A stretch of 64,000 nucleotides of DNA from Escherichia phage HY02: the sequence record KM092515; one strand, written 5' to 3'. Positions 8,543 through 18,032 of this stretch are shown piece after piece. The notes below the pieces were generated by a model. That model did not search any database, had not been told where the DNA came from, and saw only the letters and a program-made list of their open reading frames with translations. The translations under genes and the position numbers were made by a program. Position 1 is the stretch's first letter; each line of letters opens with the position of its first letter.

Positions 8543-8923
8543 ATGAAATATCGTGCGCCTAAATTCATCAACAAAGACAACTTTCGTAGCGTACTGGAGA
8601 AGTCACTTGATGAAAATTTCAAAGGTAATGTGATTGTTGTTCACTCGTTCAATTTTAAGTATGATATCAACGGGAATAAAATTAACCATTACACGGCAAC
8701 CATGTTAGATGGTACTCTTTCAAGTGAAAAAACAATTCTACATGCACTTGCTGGGCGTGGTAAAAACCTGATAAGCTGCAATAAGAGACGTTATCAAGGT
8801 GGCGCATATGGTTATGATGATGCTGTTTACCATCTTGAAAATATGGGCTATTCAGTGGAGAAAGCTGGAGCGTCTCAAATAATTGGTAGTGATGGTTATG
8901 TGACAATATTCAAAATTAACTGA
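8543..8923 (+). CDS. hypothetical small early protein
   Basis: ORF preceded by conserved leader with GGAG RBS. Confidence 0.65.
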   Translation: MKYRAPKFINKDNFRSVLEKSLDENFKGNVIVVHSFNFKYDINGNKINHYTATMLDGTLSSEKTILHALAGRGKNLISCNKRRYQGGAYGYDDAVYHLENMGYSVEKAGASQIIGSDGYVTIFKIN

Positions 8924-8937
8924 TAAAGTACTTTACA

Positions 8938-8966
8938 GGGGGCTTATAGTTCGATAAAGTAAGCCC
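8938..8966 (+). other. conserved intergenic hairpin (type B) GGGGCTTA...TAAGCCCC
   Basis: GC-clamped hairpin followed by AGATAAAGAGCTTTACC, not U-rich; four copies with compensatory loop changes. Confidence 0.5.
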
Positions 8967-9011
8967 CAGATAAAGAGCTTTACCACTAAATCCTAAATTG
9001 GAGATTCAAAA

Positions 9012-9302
9012 ATGGCTATTATCAAAAACGTTGTAATTCCTGCAAAAACTCGTGATGACGCTCGCATTATGGCGAAAAAGTTAGGCGGGAAAGTGGTTGA
9101 CAACGGAAAACAATCTGCTGTAAGATGGGGTGTGAAGGCTGATAAACAGTTGAAGCTAAAAAATTCACCAATAAACCTTTTTGCATGTGTAAACACTATC
9201 GGGAAGACAAATGTATACACGAAAAAGGCATATATTAGACGCGTAGTCTTAACATCCCCCATTCGTACAATGAGAGGTTATGCAAAGCTGAAAATTAACT
9301 GA
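9012..9302 (+). CDS. hypothetical small early protein
   Basis: ORF preceded by CCTAAATTGGAGATTCAAAAATG. Confidence 0.6.
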   Translation: MAIIKNVVIPAKTRDDARIMAKKLGGKVVDNGKQSAVRWGVKADKQLKLKNSPINLFACVNTIGKTNVYTKKAYIRRVVLTSPIRTMRGYAKLKIN

Positions 9303-9316
9303 GAAAGTACTTTACA

Positions 9317-9346
9317 GGGGGCTTAAAAGTTGGTATCTTAAGCCCC
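9317..9346 (+). other. conserved intergenic hairpin (type B)
   Basis: GGGGCTTAA...TTAAGCCCC followed by AGATAAAGAGCTTTAC. Confidence 0.5.
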
Positions 9347-9387
9347 AGATAAAGAGCTTTACATAATCCTAAACTGGAGATTCAAAA

Positions 9388-9600
9388 ATGAACATTAATC
9401 AAAAACTGAAAACCGCCTCACAAGTCCTATTCACAGATGATGACTATTTCAATAAAGACCTCACAGGTTTGAAATCTCTTAAAGAGATTAAAGAGCGCAT
9501 GAAAATTTATGGAAAACCTCGGTTAGTTGGTGTATTCTCTAACTGTTATGTTTATCAGCTTAATGGTCATTACAATTTTACGATTACTATTTTATCCTAA
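9388..9600 (+). CDS. hypothetical small early protein
   Basis: ORF preceded by CCTAAACTGGAGATTCAAAAATG. Confidence 0.6.
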   Translation: MNINQKLKTASQVLFTDDDYFNKDLTGLKSLKEIKERMKIYGKPRLVGVFSNCYVYQLNGHYNFTITILS

Positions 9601-9615
9601 ACTGGAGATTCAAAA

Positions 9616-9912
9616 ATGAAATTATCAAATAAAGTCCGTGAAAACCTAAGCAAGTTACTCAACAAAATTGATTTTATCGAGACATCAAGGAATAGTCATG
9701 ATGTTATGGAATGGTTACACGGCAAAATAAAAGGCCGTCGTGTAGTGATTTGCTTATGGAATAGTTGCAGGGAGTATAAAAAACCTGTATTGCAAATTAA
9801 TGTTTATGATGATACTTATAAAAGCCCTGTTAAGTCTGAAAGTGATTTACTAGACTCTTATGAGATAACTGTAAATGGCAAAGTATCACGTAAAGAGGAA
9901 GCACTATGTTAA
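9616..9912 (+). CDS. hypothetical small early protein
   Basis: RBS motif CCTAAACTGGAGATTCAAAAATG overlaps the upstream stop codon. Confidence 0.6.
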   Translation: MKLSNKVRENLSKLLNKIDFIETSRNSHDVMEWLHGKIKGRRVVICLWNSCREYKKPVLQINVYDDTYKSPVKSESDLLDSYEITVNGKVSRKEEALC

Positions 9913-10238
9913 TGATGGGTATCACTGCAATCATCGCCATTATGGCACTATACAAGGCTTATAGCGCCTATAATCTGGCAAGTAAGGCAATCACCCAACA
10001 GGTTGATAATAGCCTTGTAATGAGCTTTCTAGAGCGTTTAAGCGATGAGCAAATAAAGCGGCTAGAAATGAGCTTCAGATTTAAATCGAGAACTTATCAA
10101 ATCAGCGACATTTTCAAAGATGATTTTCAGCTAGTGGATGATTATAATTCTCTGATAAATGCTTTAAATATCAGTGATTTAAAAGATTATCACGCTGTAA
10201 TTGTTCAAGAATTGAGCAAACGAAAACAAAACTGTTGA
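9906..10238 (+). CDS. hypothetical small early protein
   Basis: start overlaps upstream stop (translational coupling); no separate leader. Confidence 0.45.
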   Translation: MLMMGITAIIAIMALYKAYSAYNLASKAITQQVDNSLVMSFLERLSDEQIKRLEMSFRFKSRTYQISDIFKDDFQLVDDYNSLINALNISDLKDYHAVIVQELSKRKQNC

Positions 10239-10263
10239 CACTGATTTTTAGATAGATTAAATT
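10235..10263 (+). promoter_or_regulatory. sigma70-like early promoter
   Basis: TTGACA, 17-bp spacer, TAAATT; identical copy at 11104-11132. Confidence 0.5.
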
Positions 10264-10327
10264 ACACATCAACGGGGAGGCAATAACCTCCCTACTAAAT
10301 AAAGTCCTTAAACTAGGAGATTCAAAA

Positions 10328-10600
10328 ATGTATACTACTAACAACGGTCGTACTTTGAACGTAACACTGCGTCACTATGTGAATGGTGTAATGCACTTTG
10401 ATGATTTACAAGCTGAGCAACATATCTTAGATTGGCAAGTAGCAGGACTCCAAAAAACTGCTACAGGATACGGGAAAAAGATTCCAACTAGTTGGAAAGT
10501 ATACTATGAAGGACGTTTGCGCAGAATTTATCAAGATGTATGCAGTAATAGCGCATCAAGTTACATCATAGTAAAAGGTAAAAAACTGCATTTAGTATAA
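10328..10600 (+). CDS. hypothetical small early protein
   Basis: conserved type A leader upstream. Confidence 0.65.
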   Translation: MYTTNNGRTLNVTLRHYVNGVMHFDDLQAEQHILDWQVAGLQKTATGYGKKIPTSWKVYYEGRLRRIYQDVCSNSASSYIIVKGKKLHLV

Positions 10601-10612
10601 AGTACTTTACAA

Positions 10613-10641
10613 GGGGCTTATAGTTCGATAAAGTAAGCCCC
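10613..10641 (+). other. conserved intergenic hairpin (type B)
   Basis: GGGGCTTA...TAAGCCCC; near-identical to 8938-8966. Confidence 0.5.
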
Positions 10642-10685
10642 AGATAAAGAGCTTTACCACTAAATCCTAAATTGGAGATTCTAAA

Positions 10686-11090
10686 ATGACTATTAATAAT
10701 CGTGAGTTATCAATCTTAAAAGCACGTTTGACTGTCAACCGGATTAATGTTATTACATCATCAGCACCTGATGAGACATTGCACAATATTATCGGGAAGA
10801 TTCAAAGTGTTATCTTAGACGTTGAAAGTGTAAAAAACTCATTGGCTGACGTTGCAGCAGGTATCACGCTAGATGGTGCACAATATGAAATGGCAGACAT
10901 GTTAGGCAAATCAAAGGTAATGAATAAAGAGTTAGATTTGAAAATGTTTAGATTTGCTGTTAAAGTGTGGCTATCTGTCGAGTATGATGCTAATTTTGCA
11001 ATCGCTGATTTCTTTGCCACTTGGTTGCAACGTAATTTGGCAAATCATGATTTTCGTGATATCTGTGATGCAATTTATGCAGAACTCTGA
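10686..11090 (+). CDS. hypothetical small early protein
   Basis: preceded by CCTAAATTGGAGATTCTAAAATG. Confidence 0.6.
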   Translation: MTINNRELSILKARLTVNRINVITSSAPDETLHNIIGKIQSVILDVESVKNSLADVAAGITLDGAQYEMADMLGKSKVMNKELDLKMFRFAVKVWLSVEYDANFAIADFFATWLQRNLANHDFRDICDAIYAEL

Positions 11091-11103
11091 AAAAAAAAAA
11101 CTG

Positions 11104-11132
11104 TTGACACTGATTTTTAGATAGATTAAATT
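11104..11132 (+). promoter_or_regulatory. sigma70-like early promoter (duplicate of 10235-10263)
   Basis: TTGACACTGATTTTTAGATAGATTAAATT repeated verbatim. Confidence 0.5.
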
Positions 11133-11197
11133 ACACATCAACGGGGAGGGAATGACCTTCCCCACTAAGTAAAGTCCTTAAACTAGGAGATTCAAAA

Positions 11198-11401
11198 ATG
11201 GCTATTATTAACGGCTTAAACATTGAAACAACACACATCAAAGACATCAAAGTTGGTGATGTAGTCCTTTCCCACGGCGTAGAGAAAACTGTTACTGCAA
11301 AGGATATTAAAGAGGATTCTTTCATGGGTAGAACTCTCTTCGGTGATTCTTATTGCTTAGGTTATCTTGCAGTTTTAAAAGTTGTCAAAAATAATCGTTA
11401 A
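11198..11401 (+). CDS. hypothetical small early protein
   Basis: conserved type A leader upstream. Confidence 0.65.
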   Translation: MAIINGLNIETTHIKDIKVGDVVLSHGVEKTVTAKDIKEDSFMGRTLFGDSYCLGYLAVLKVVKNNR

Positions 11402-11413
11402 AGTACTTTACAA

Positions 11414-11442
11414 GGGGCTTAAAAGCTGATATCTTAAGCCCC
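11414..11442 (+). other. conserved intergenic hairpin (type B)
   Basis: GGGGCTTAA...CTTAAGCCCC. Confidence 0.5.
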
Positions 11443-11486
11443 AGATAAAGAGCTTTACCACTAAATCCTAAACTGGAGATTCAAAA

Positions 11487-12029
11487 ATGAAATGCTTTCA
11501 CGGTACTACTCAAGAAAACTTCATCAACCTGATTAATAACGGTGATAAACCATCAGGCGCATGGAATTGTTCGGATATGGACGGCAATTTTTACGTGTAT
11601 CCAGAAAATAAAATCTATGGCGACGATGAGGAAGAAATAGCATCAGAAGGTATCCAACAAGCTCTAGGAAATGCCACTATCACCGCAGCTTTCCAGATGA
11701 AAACCCAAAATATTGTTATCTTAGAACTAGATATTCCAGAGGATGAGCTAAATGATGATTATTCTTGTGATAATATGTCGAGTGTAGCAAGTTTTACAGA
11801 GTACTTTGATGTAAATTGGATTAAAAAGGTCTATACAACAGAGTTTAACGCTATGTATTCACCTTTTTGTCTTCCTTCATTGGATAACCCAAATTTAAAC
11901 TATCTTGATGAGTCTCTGGAGCTTCTCGCTAAAAGTGTTCAACATTCAGACAGTATTCAGGTTTTTTGTGACATCATGGATACACTGACAGGAAACATTG
12001 CAGAAGAGGATTTAAAGAGCTTTTTCTAA
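11487..12029 (+). CDS. hypothetical acidic early protein
   Basis: 180-aa ORF preceded by CCTAAACTGGAGATTCAAAAATG. Confidence 0.6.
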   Translation: MKCFHGTTQENFINLINNGDKPSGAWNCSDMDGNFYVYPENKIYGDDEEEIASEGIQQALGNATITAAFQMKTQNIVILELDIPEDELNDDYSCDNMSSVASFTEYFDVNWIKKVYTTEFNAMYSPFCLPSLDNPNLNYLDESLELLAKSVQHSDSIQVFCDIMDTLTGNIAEEDLKSFF

Positions 12030-12061
12030 AAACCTATGCAATCACCTTATAAACACTAATC

Positions 12062-12083
12062 AGCCCCTTGTAGGGGCTTTTAG
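12062..12083 (+). terminator. intrinsic terminator (weak U-tract)
   Basis: AGCCCC-TTGT-AGGGGCT followed by TTTAG. Confidence 0.45.
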
Positions 12084-12095
12084 AGGGCTTAAATC

Positions 12096-12329
12096 ATGTT
12101 GACAACCGTTTATCTCATCCTTTCTATTTGTAATGGTCATTCATGCGATTTTAAAGGGCTTGAGGAGTTTACAGGGAGTAAAGAAAATGCTATTCAAGTT
12201 TGCCAGATAGCAAGGCAAGACTATCCCGCCAGTGATGATATACAATGTTACTTTAAGACAGAAGATAGCGACGGCGTTTATTTTGATAGCGTCGATGGTC
12301 AATATGAAATTATCATTGAAAAAGACTAG
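12096..12329 (+). CDS. hypothetical protein
   Basis: 77-aa ORF; lacks the conserved leader and overlaps a TTGACA motif, so coding status is uncertain. Confidence 0.3.
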   Translation: MLTTVYLILSICNGHSCDFKGLEEFTGSKENAIQVCQIARQDYPASDDIQCYFKTEDSDGVYFDSVDGQYEIIIEKD

Positions 12330-12418
12330 ACAAGCCTGATAAAAATCTGTAAATTGTCAATCAACGGGGAGGGAATGAACTTCCCCACTAAACAAAGTCC
12401 TAAACTGGAGATTCAAAA

Positions 12419-12760
12419 ATGGCTTATGTAACCGTAATTACCGATAAAGCTGACTCATCTTGGTCAACTCAAGTCAGTGATAAGATGTCGCCTATGCAGT
12501 GCCTAAAATACTTTGAGCAGTGGAACAAAGGCGAGGATGTAAGCCCCTTTCAGGTAATGCAAATCATCCATACAGATAACGAAGGGAATAAAACTACCTT
12601 AAACAGTGAATACTACGCAAGCCGTTTTGAAACGAGAAGTAAAACAATGAAGATTTTACGTGAATCCGGCTATTCTCATATTGCCGCGCTAATCTGGGAT
12701 GACCTGCTAAAAAGCCAGCGTATCAGCTATGTAAAACCTGAAAAAATATTCATCAGTTAA
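12419..12760 (+). CDS. hypothetical small early protein
   Basis: conserved type A leader upstream. Confidence 0.65.
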   Translation: MAYVTVITDKADSSWSTQVSDKMSPMQCLKYFEQWNKGEDVSPFQVMQIIHTDNEGNKTTLNSEYYASRFETRSKTMKILRESGYSHIAALIWDDLLKSQRISYVKPEKIFIS

Positions 12761-12980
12761 TCAACAACTTACAAAAAACTTTTAAAAAAGTGTTGACAAC
12801 TCCCCTTGACATTGGTAACTTTGTTCGAGGGGGTTTATCTAAAAGGGATTAACTTAAAAGATTCTTTATAGATAAACTTAAAAAATTGCTTGCAATCAGC
12901 TATCAAAACAAGTAAATTACTAATCAACGGGAAGGCAATAACCTCCCCACTAAATAAAGTCCTAAACTGGAGATTCTAAA

Positions 12981-13511
12981 ATGAACAAATTTCAAGCTAT
13001 CAACTTCATTCGTTCAAATGCTGTAATGTCTAAGCCTGTTAAAGATACCTATGAATTTCGTTGCAATGGTGTACACTTTGCAACCATTACCAAATCAGAA
13101 AACGGGGCTTATTACGTCCATCGTCGTAATGTTTCCACCGTTGTAGTCTCTCACTTTATGCAAGCTGTCGCGGAACTTCTCCCGATGTTTTTAGGTCTTT
13201 ACTTAGATGATTGTAAAAACGTTCACAATCACGTTAAAAACCTTTTAAATGGTTATAAAATGGCTTATGAACGTTCTATCAAGTCCTTGAACAAGTTCTA
13301 TAAAGCACCTGTAAATACCGTTTCAATGGCCTACGGCATAGGTGGCTGGACTGTTAACCTTTCTCTAGTGGAAGAAATCGAGCTTTATGATTTACGTCCT
13401 AGCGGTTACTCTAAGACACTGGGAGAAGGTTTAACGTTCAATATCAAGAACTTAGAAAAAACTTTAAAAGATATTGAAAAAGACATTGACGAGACAATCA
13501 AAAATCTGTAA
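12981..13511 (+). CDS. hypothetical small early protein
   Basis: conserved type A leader upstream. Confidence 0.65.
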   Translation: MNKFQAINFIRSNAVMSKPVKDTYEFRCNGVHFATITKSENGAYYVHRRNVSTVVVSHFMQAVAELLPMFLGLYLDDCKNVHNHVKNLLNGYKMAYERSIKSLNKFYKAPVNTVSMAYGIGGWTVNLSLVEEIELYDLRPSGYSKTLGEGLTFNIKNLEKTLKDIEKDIDETIKNL

Positions 13512-13577
13512 ATTGTCAATCAACGGGGAGGGGATGACCTTCCCCACTAAATAAAGTCCTAAACTGGAGTTATCAAG

Positions 13578-13841
13578 ATGGAAAACGTAGAATTAACCAC
13601 ACTATTGCAAATTGCAACTGACAAAGAAGACGTAGCACTGTTTCACCGCATCGAAAGCGATTTGTTCAATGGTGAAATCATCAAAGAATCTTATGAAGTT
13701 GTCGGATTCAAAGATGGTAAAGCGTTTGGATTCTTTGACCTCGACAAAAGCAACGCGGTTATAAAATATGATGTTTTATCTTGTGAGATTCTTACAAAAT
13801 ACAACGAAAAAAGGCTTGCAACATACGCCAACATGCAGTAA
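13578..13841 (+). CDS. hypothetical small early protein
   Basis: type A leader with variant RBS CTGGAGTTATCAAGATG. Confidence 0.6.
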   Translation: MENVELTTLLQIATDKEDVALFHRIESDLFNGEIIKESYEVVGFKDGKAFGFFDLDKSNAVIKYDVLSCEILTKYNEKRLATYANMQ

Positions 13842-13906
13842 ATTACTAATCAACGGGGAGGGATGGCCTCCCTACTAAATAAAACCTTAAACTAGGAGAT
13901 TCTAAA

Positions 13907-14155
13907 ATGGCTACTATCCGCGCAACTGTTAACGAATTCGGCTTTTGCTCTCTGGATGTTAAATTTGACCTTGTAGGCACTGATAACGCCTTTGAGATGG
14001 TGAAAGGTCTTATCTGTCAGACCATCAAAGACTATAACCCTTCTGATGAGTTCTGGAAAGAAACAAAACAGGAAGTTCTTAAAGAGGGTTATTCTTATCA
14101 CTATTGGGGTGAAAAAATTGTCTCCCTGTACTACGACAAAGAAGGTACTAACTAA
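13907..14155 (+). CDS. hypothetical small early protein
   Basis: conserved type A leader upstream; last gene before the terminator. Confidence 0.6.
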   Translation: MATIRATVNEFGFCSLDVKFDLVGTDNAFEMVKGLICQTIKDYNPSDEFWKETKQEVLKEGYSYHYWGEKIVSLYYDKEGTN

Positions 14156-14195
14156 ACGCCGCAACGGGGCTAAATAGCCCCAGATACCTTTATAC

Positions 14196-14218
14196 AGCCC
14201 CTCACAGGGGCTTTTTTA
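14196..14218 (+). terminator. intrinsic terminator ending the early + strand block
   Basis: AGCCCCT-CACA-GGGGCT followed by TTTTTT; a second hairpin GGGGCTAAATAGCCCC lies at 14166-14181. Confidence 0.7.
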
Positions 14219-14219
14219 C

Positions 14220-15849
14220 GTCTATCCAATCCTTATACAATACCTTTCCTCACCTTTTCAGAATCTTATCAGACCTTAAAAGCAATAACTCTATAGTCTA
14301 CTCTATAGCCTTTTATCAAATCAACTTAAATATAAGCCAATAACCCCAGAAAGGGGATGGCCCATTTAAACGCTCTATAAAGCGCTATAACAGCCTTATC
14401 AACCTAACTTAAGGGATTGCATTAACTCACCCTTAAAAGCTCTTTACAGGGCTTTATAGAGGCTTAAAAGAATCTTATAAGGGTATAAGCTAATAGGTTG
14501 GCTAGTATCTTGTGAATAACTAAACAATCCCCTTGATAGTCACTAAAAAGTATGTTATAGGGGGCTATAAAGTTACTTCAAAGTTACGTGATAGATAGCT
14601 TAAAAGTTACGTAAATGCTAGCCCCCTTAACATTTTCTTAACAATTTCTTAACAATCCCCTACATAGTTATGCTTGTTAGAGACTTGTTAGCCCCTTGTT
14701 AAATCTCTGTTACAACCACGTAAAAGCCTTGTAAGAACCTTTGGCATAGCCTTAAAAGCCCCTGTAAAGCCCTATAAAGAGCTATCCATACAGTTGAGGG
14801 GTAAATACTAGGAAGAGGCTTAAAAGAACTTATAAGGGGCTATAGAGAGCTTTTAAGAGGCATGTTTAAGGAATCACTAAGAAATAAAGGGAACTATAAG
14901 AAAAGAGATAGTGACCATGTTAATAGCTTGTTAAAAAGATTAAACACTTGTTAGAAACTTGTTAATTATCTTAACAAAAATAACTCTTTAAAATTAACTT
15001 GTTAGCTCTTGTTAGTCATCTGTTAAGATTCTGTAAAGCCTATTCAGCACTTGTTAGAAAACTGTTACAGCCTTGTTAGTTCTGTTAAGAACCTGTTAAT
15101 ACCTTTGAAGAGTTGTTAAGAAGATGTGAGAACTGTTAAGAGATTGTTAAGGATATTTTAAAATTTTGCAAAGTACTTGTAAGGGAGCTGTTAAGGGCTA
15201 CCAAGCAGATATACATCTTCTACAGATATTTTTCAGTTCCTTCAAAGACCCTAAAAAATGACTTGATAGCCCTATTTTATAAAAATTTTAAAATTCTGAA
15301 TAATTACCTAGACAGTCTTTTAAAAATACAGGCATAAACAGGCTTATAAGATACCTTGTTAGTACCGTGTTAGACCTTGTGGGGTAAGGTCTGCAAAGAT
15401 ATTCCTGTTAAGTTTGTTAAAACAGTCTATATAGAGGCTTAGTATCCCCTAGTGAACACCTATAGAGGGTAACATAGCTAACCTAATGGGTTACTGTTAA
15501 GTAACACAGATAACCTAGAGATTAAGAGGTGTATAGGAGCTTCTAAGATGGTGTAGAGAGATGGTTAAGGTGATTGTATAGGTTGTTAAGAAGGCTTGTT
15601 AGAGGGCTTGTTAGAAGGGCTATACAGAGGGGCTATTAAGACCACTAGATAGATACTAAGATACTATATAGTACTATATAACTATATATAGAGAGTAAGC
15701 TTAAGAAGGTTGTTAAGAAGGGTAGATATTTTATTCACATATGATGGTGACCCAGAGGTTGGGACAACCGATAAAATTTTATAAAAAATATAAATTTCGT
15801 AAATTTTACTCAATAAAAAGCCCCCAATTAAGGAGGCTCTTAAGATATT
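14220..15849. repeat. ORF-free region with dense short direct repeats (CTTGTTAG / CTGTTAAG family) and an AT-rich CTATATA tract; candidate origin or regulatory hub
   Basis: no ORF over 1.6 kb; more than 25 copies of (C/G)TTGTTA(G/A) and CTGTTAAG, densest at 14930-15200; CTATATA three times at 15661-15695; recurring CTTAAAAG/CTTATAAG/CTATAAAG words at 14340-14870. Confidence 0.6.
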
Positions 15850-16443
15850 TTAAATCAGTGTTTCCAGAACTGTTTTTAATGATGACTTGGTTGTCTGATA
15901 AAAATGAGTGAATCCATTGTTGTTATCGAATATCTGCATCATGATATCATCTCCCTTGATTGGGTACACTCGGATATCATAGTGAAAACCATTAAAGACA
16001 CAAGAACCACTACAGAATGCTCTAAAGTCATCCACTGAGATATACTCTTCATGACCTGTGATTTTTATACAGACGCCTTTACTCGGCCTCTTAGGGTTGA
16101 TATCTTCCATCACAGACATACTCTGCCCACCAAGAGATACCATAGTGACTACTTTACGGTTCTTCTGTCTAAAGTACATCTTAACTTTCTGTAAAGTGTC
16201 TTCATAGAACGGATAAGACTTCTCTACAAAGATTCCTTCTAATGGCTCTTTACCGTTTACAATACCTCTGGTATGACGTACTGAGAAGATAAGTTGCTCT
16301 AGTATGTCAAGGCTTTCTTCGGATAGTGCTTCCCGAATATCATTCCAGTCAAGGACTAGATAGTTGCCTTCAACTTCTTTTAAGTTATCTTTTTCCATAT
16401 CTATCACACCATTATCGTAAAACTTGGTAATCTGGAACAGCAA
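15850..16443 (-). CDS. hypothetical protein
   Basis: 197-aa ORF at the 3' end of the - strand block. Confidence 0.5.
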   Translation of the reverse strand: MLFQITKFYDNGVIDMEKDNLKEVEGNYLVLDWNDIREALSEESLDILEQLIFSVRHTRGIVNGKEPLEGIFVEKSYPFYEDTLQKVKMYFRQKNRKVVTMVSLGGQSMSVMEDINPKRPSKGVCIKITGHEEYISVDDFRAFCSGSCVFNGFHYDIRVYPIKGDDIMMQIFDNNNGFTHFYQTTKSSLKTVLETLI

Positions 16444-16876
16444 ACTTGTTATCGTTGTTCTTAATGAGGTCTTCTTCTGTTACTAAGAATGTAAGACCAC
16501 ACAAGTGTGTATATCTGCTATCATACTCAAATATTTTAAGTAAGTATTTACCATCGTGATAAACAGATTCTACTACACCTTTTGCAACAATCTTTCCAGT
16601 CTTGAAGTCTTTAAGAGGGTATACGTTACCAACTTTAGGAACTGTTTTCATCTCAGGTTCTTTTAGCTTCTCACCAACTTCTACATCACCTAGTAAGTGA
16701 GAACTTTCAAAAGCTACATGTTGCATATAAGCCTCTGAGCATTCCCAGATAAAGCAACTTACAAGAGCCTTAGCAGCATGTCTTGAACAATTCAACTTAT
16801 CACAAATCTCTTTGTACATTTCATCTTTAGTTGAGTTGTTAAGCATTGCTTTTTGAACTACTTCTTTAATTTTCAT
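16412..16876 (-). CDS. hypothetical protein
   Basis: 154-aa ORF. Confidence 0.5.
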   Translation of the reverse strand: MKIKEVVQKAMLNNSTKDEMYKEICDKLNCSRHAAKALVSCFIWECSEAYMQHVAFESSHLLGDVEVGEKLKEPEMKTVPKVGNVYPLKDFKTGKIVAKGVVESVYHDGKYLLKIFEYDSRYTHLCGLTFLVTEEDLIKNNDNKFAVPDYQVLR

Positions 16877-16929
16877 TTCGCTACCTTCTAAGTTCCTACA
16901 AAGGGGCTATCAAGTAACCCCTCGAGTTA

Positions 16930-17154
16930 CTACTCAGACTTTTCAGTCTTCTTATCAGATTTCTTACTAGTCTTCTTCTCAGCTTTCTGCTCAGGTTCCT
17001 TCTCAGAAGTTGCCTTGATAACCGTATCAAGAAGCTCTGATAAGTCACTCTTCAGCAAAGTAACAGGCTGCTCATTGTAGAAGTTTTTGTCAAGATAAAC
17101 TTTAAATTCTTCTATAGAAGGGAATCCAAAAATTGGTACAGGTGTCTTAATCAT
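16930..17154 (-). CDS. hypothetical lysine-rich small protein
   Basis: 74-aa ORF with KK-rich C-terminus. Confidence 0.4.
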   Translation of the reverse strand: MIKTPVPIFGFPSIEEFKVYLDKNFYNEQPVTLLKSDLSELLDTVIKATSEKEPEQKAEKKTSKKSDKKTEKSE

Positions 17155-17230
17155 TACTTAGTTTCTCCATAGGCATCTTTTAAGATTGCCTTGTTAATCA
17201 TTTCAGCGATTGCAAAACGAACACATACAG

Positions 17231-17764
17231 CTATAATTGTAGGTTGCATTCTTTACTTACCTCTTCCAGTTTAACCTCAGAATCCTTAAGACGTTTCTTA
17301 TGAACTCTGAATCTCATTAGTGCGATGATGATACCAACTAAAGGAACAGCATACAAGTACCAAACATCATATACCTTTGCATTAATCTGTGTAATGGTTA
17401 AGTCTTGAGCTATGGAACTGATTGCTGATACTGCCAGTAATGTTGCTAGGAAAAATGCCAGTACCATAACAATACTTAAACAACCTCTGGCATGGTGTTC
17501 ATGCTTAATGCACTTATTCTTTTCGTCAACAACCCTGTTGTAGTCATTTGTAAAGTCTCTGTAGAAAGCTTTCAAGTATTCTTGACTGTAGCCTTCAAAG
17601 CAACCTGTACCGTACCAATAATCACCACCAAAATGTGCTATAATACCGGTATCTCCATTTGGTTTGGTTACTCTCAAAGAAGTATGATGACGAGTATCCT
17701 GATAATCTATTTTATATCTTTCTTCGTAAATCATTTTCCAACCCCTCTCAATCGTTTGTTCCAC
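17231..17764 (-). CDS. hypothetical membrane protein
   Basis: two hydrophobic segments (LSIVMVLAFFLATLLAVSAI, VPLVGIIIALM). Confidence 0.5.
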   Translation of the reverse strand: MEQTIERGWKMIYEERYKIDYQDTRHHTSLRVTKPNGDTGIIAHFGGDYWYGTGCFEGYSQEYLKAFYRDFTNDYNRVVDEKNKCIKHEHHARGCLSIVMVLAFFLATLLAVSAISSIAQDLTITQINAKVYDVWYLYAVPLVGIIIALMRFRVHKKRLKDSEVKLEEVSKECNLQL

Positions 17765-17964
17765 TCAAGGTCAACAAGTCTTTGTAGGACTTTACCTCTA
17801 GGTGTTACACCTTTTAAATCTGCATCGTAGCAACGGTAAAAGTCACCTTCAGCGTGTTTACCATAGCATTTTCTGATATTCTGACTTCTACGGTATTGTT
17901 CTAATAGAGACAGTCTGTAGTAATCTTCAACTGTAGTTAGTTTTTTCATTCTTTCACCACGCAT
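17731..17964 (-). CDS. hypothetical protein
   Basis: 77-aa ORF. Confidence 0.4.
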   Translation of the reverse strand: MRGERMKKLTTVEDYYRLSLLEQYRRSQNIRKCYGKHAEGDFYRCYDADLKGVTPRGKVLQRLVDLEWNKRLRGVGK

Positions 17965-18032
17965 CTTCTTAAGAAACTAAAAAGGGAACTACCTCTCGAT
18001 AGCTCCCATCATAGTTAACATTGTATATTCGG

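Noticed and set aside
12785-12830. Tandem TTGACA hexamers at 12793 and 12807 as promoters
   Set aside because: Neither has a convincing -10 element at 16-18 bp spacing.
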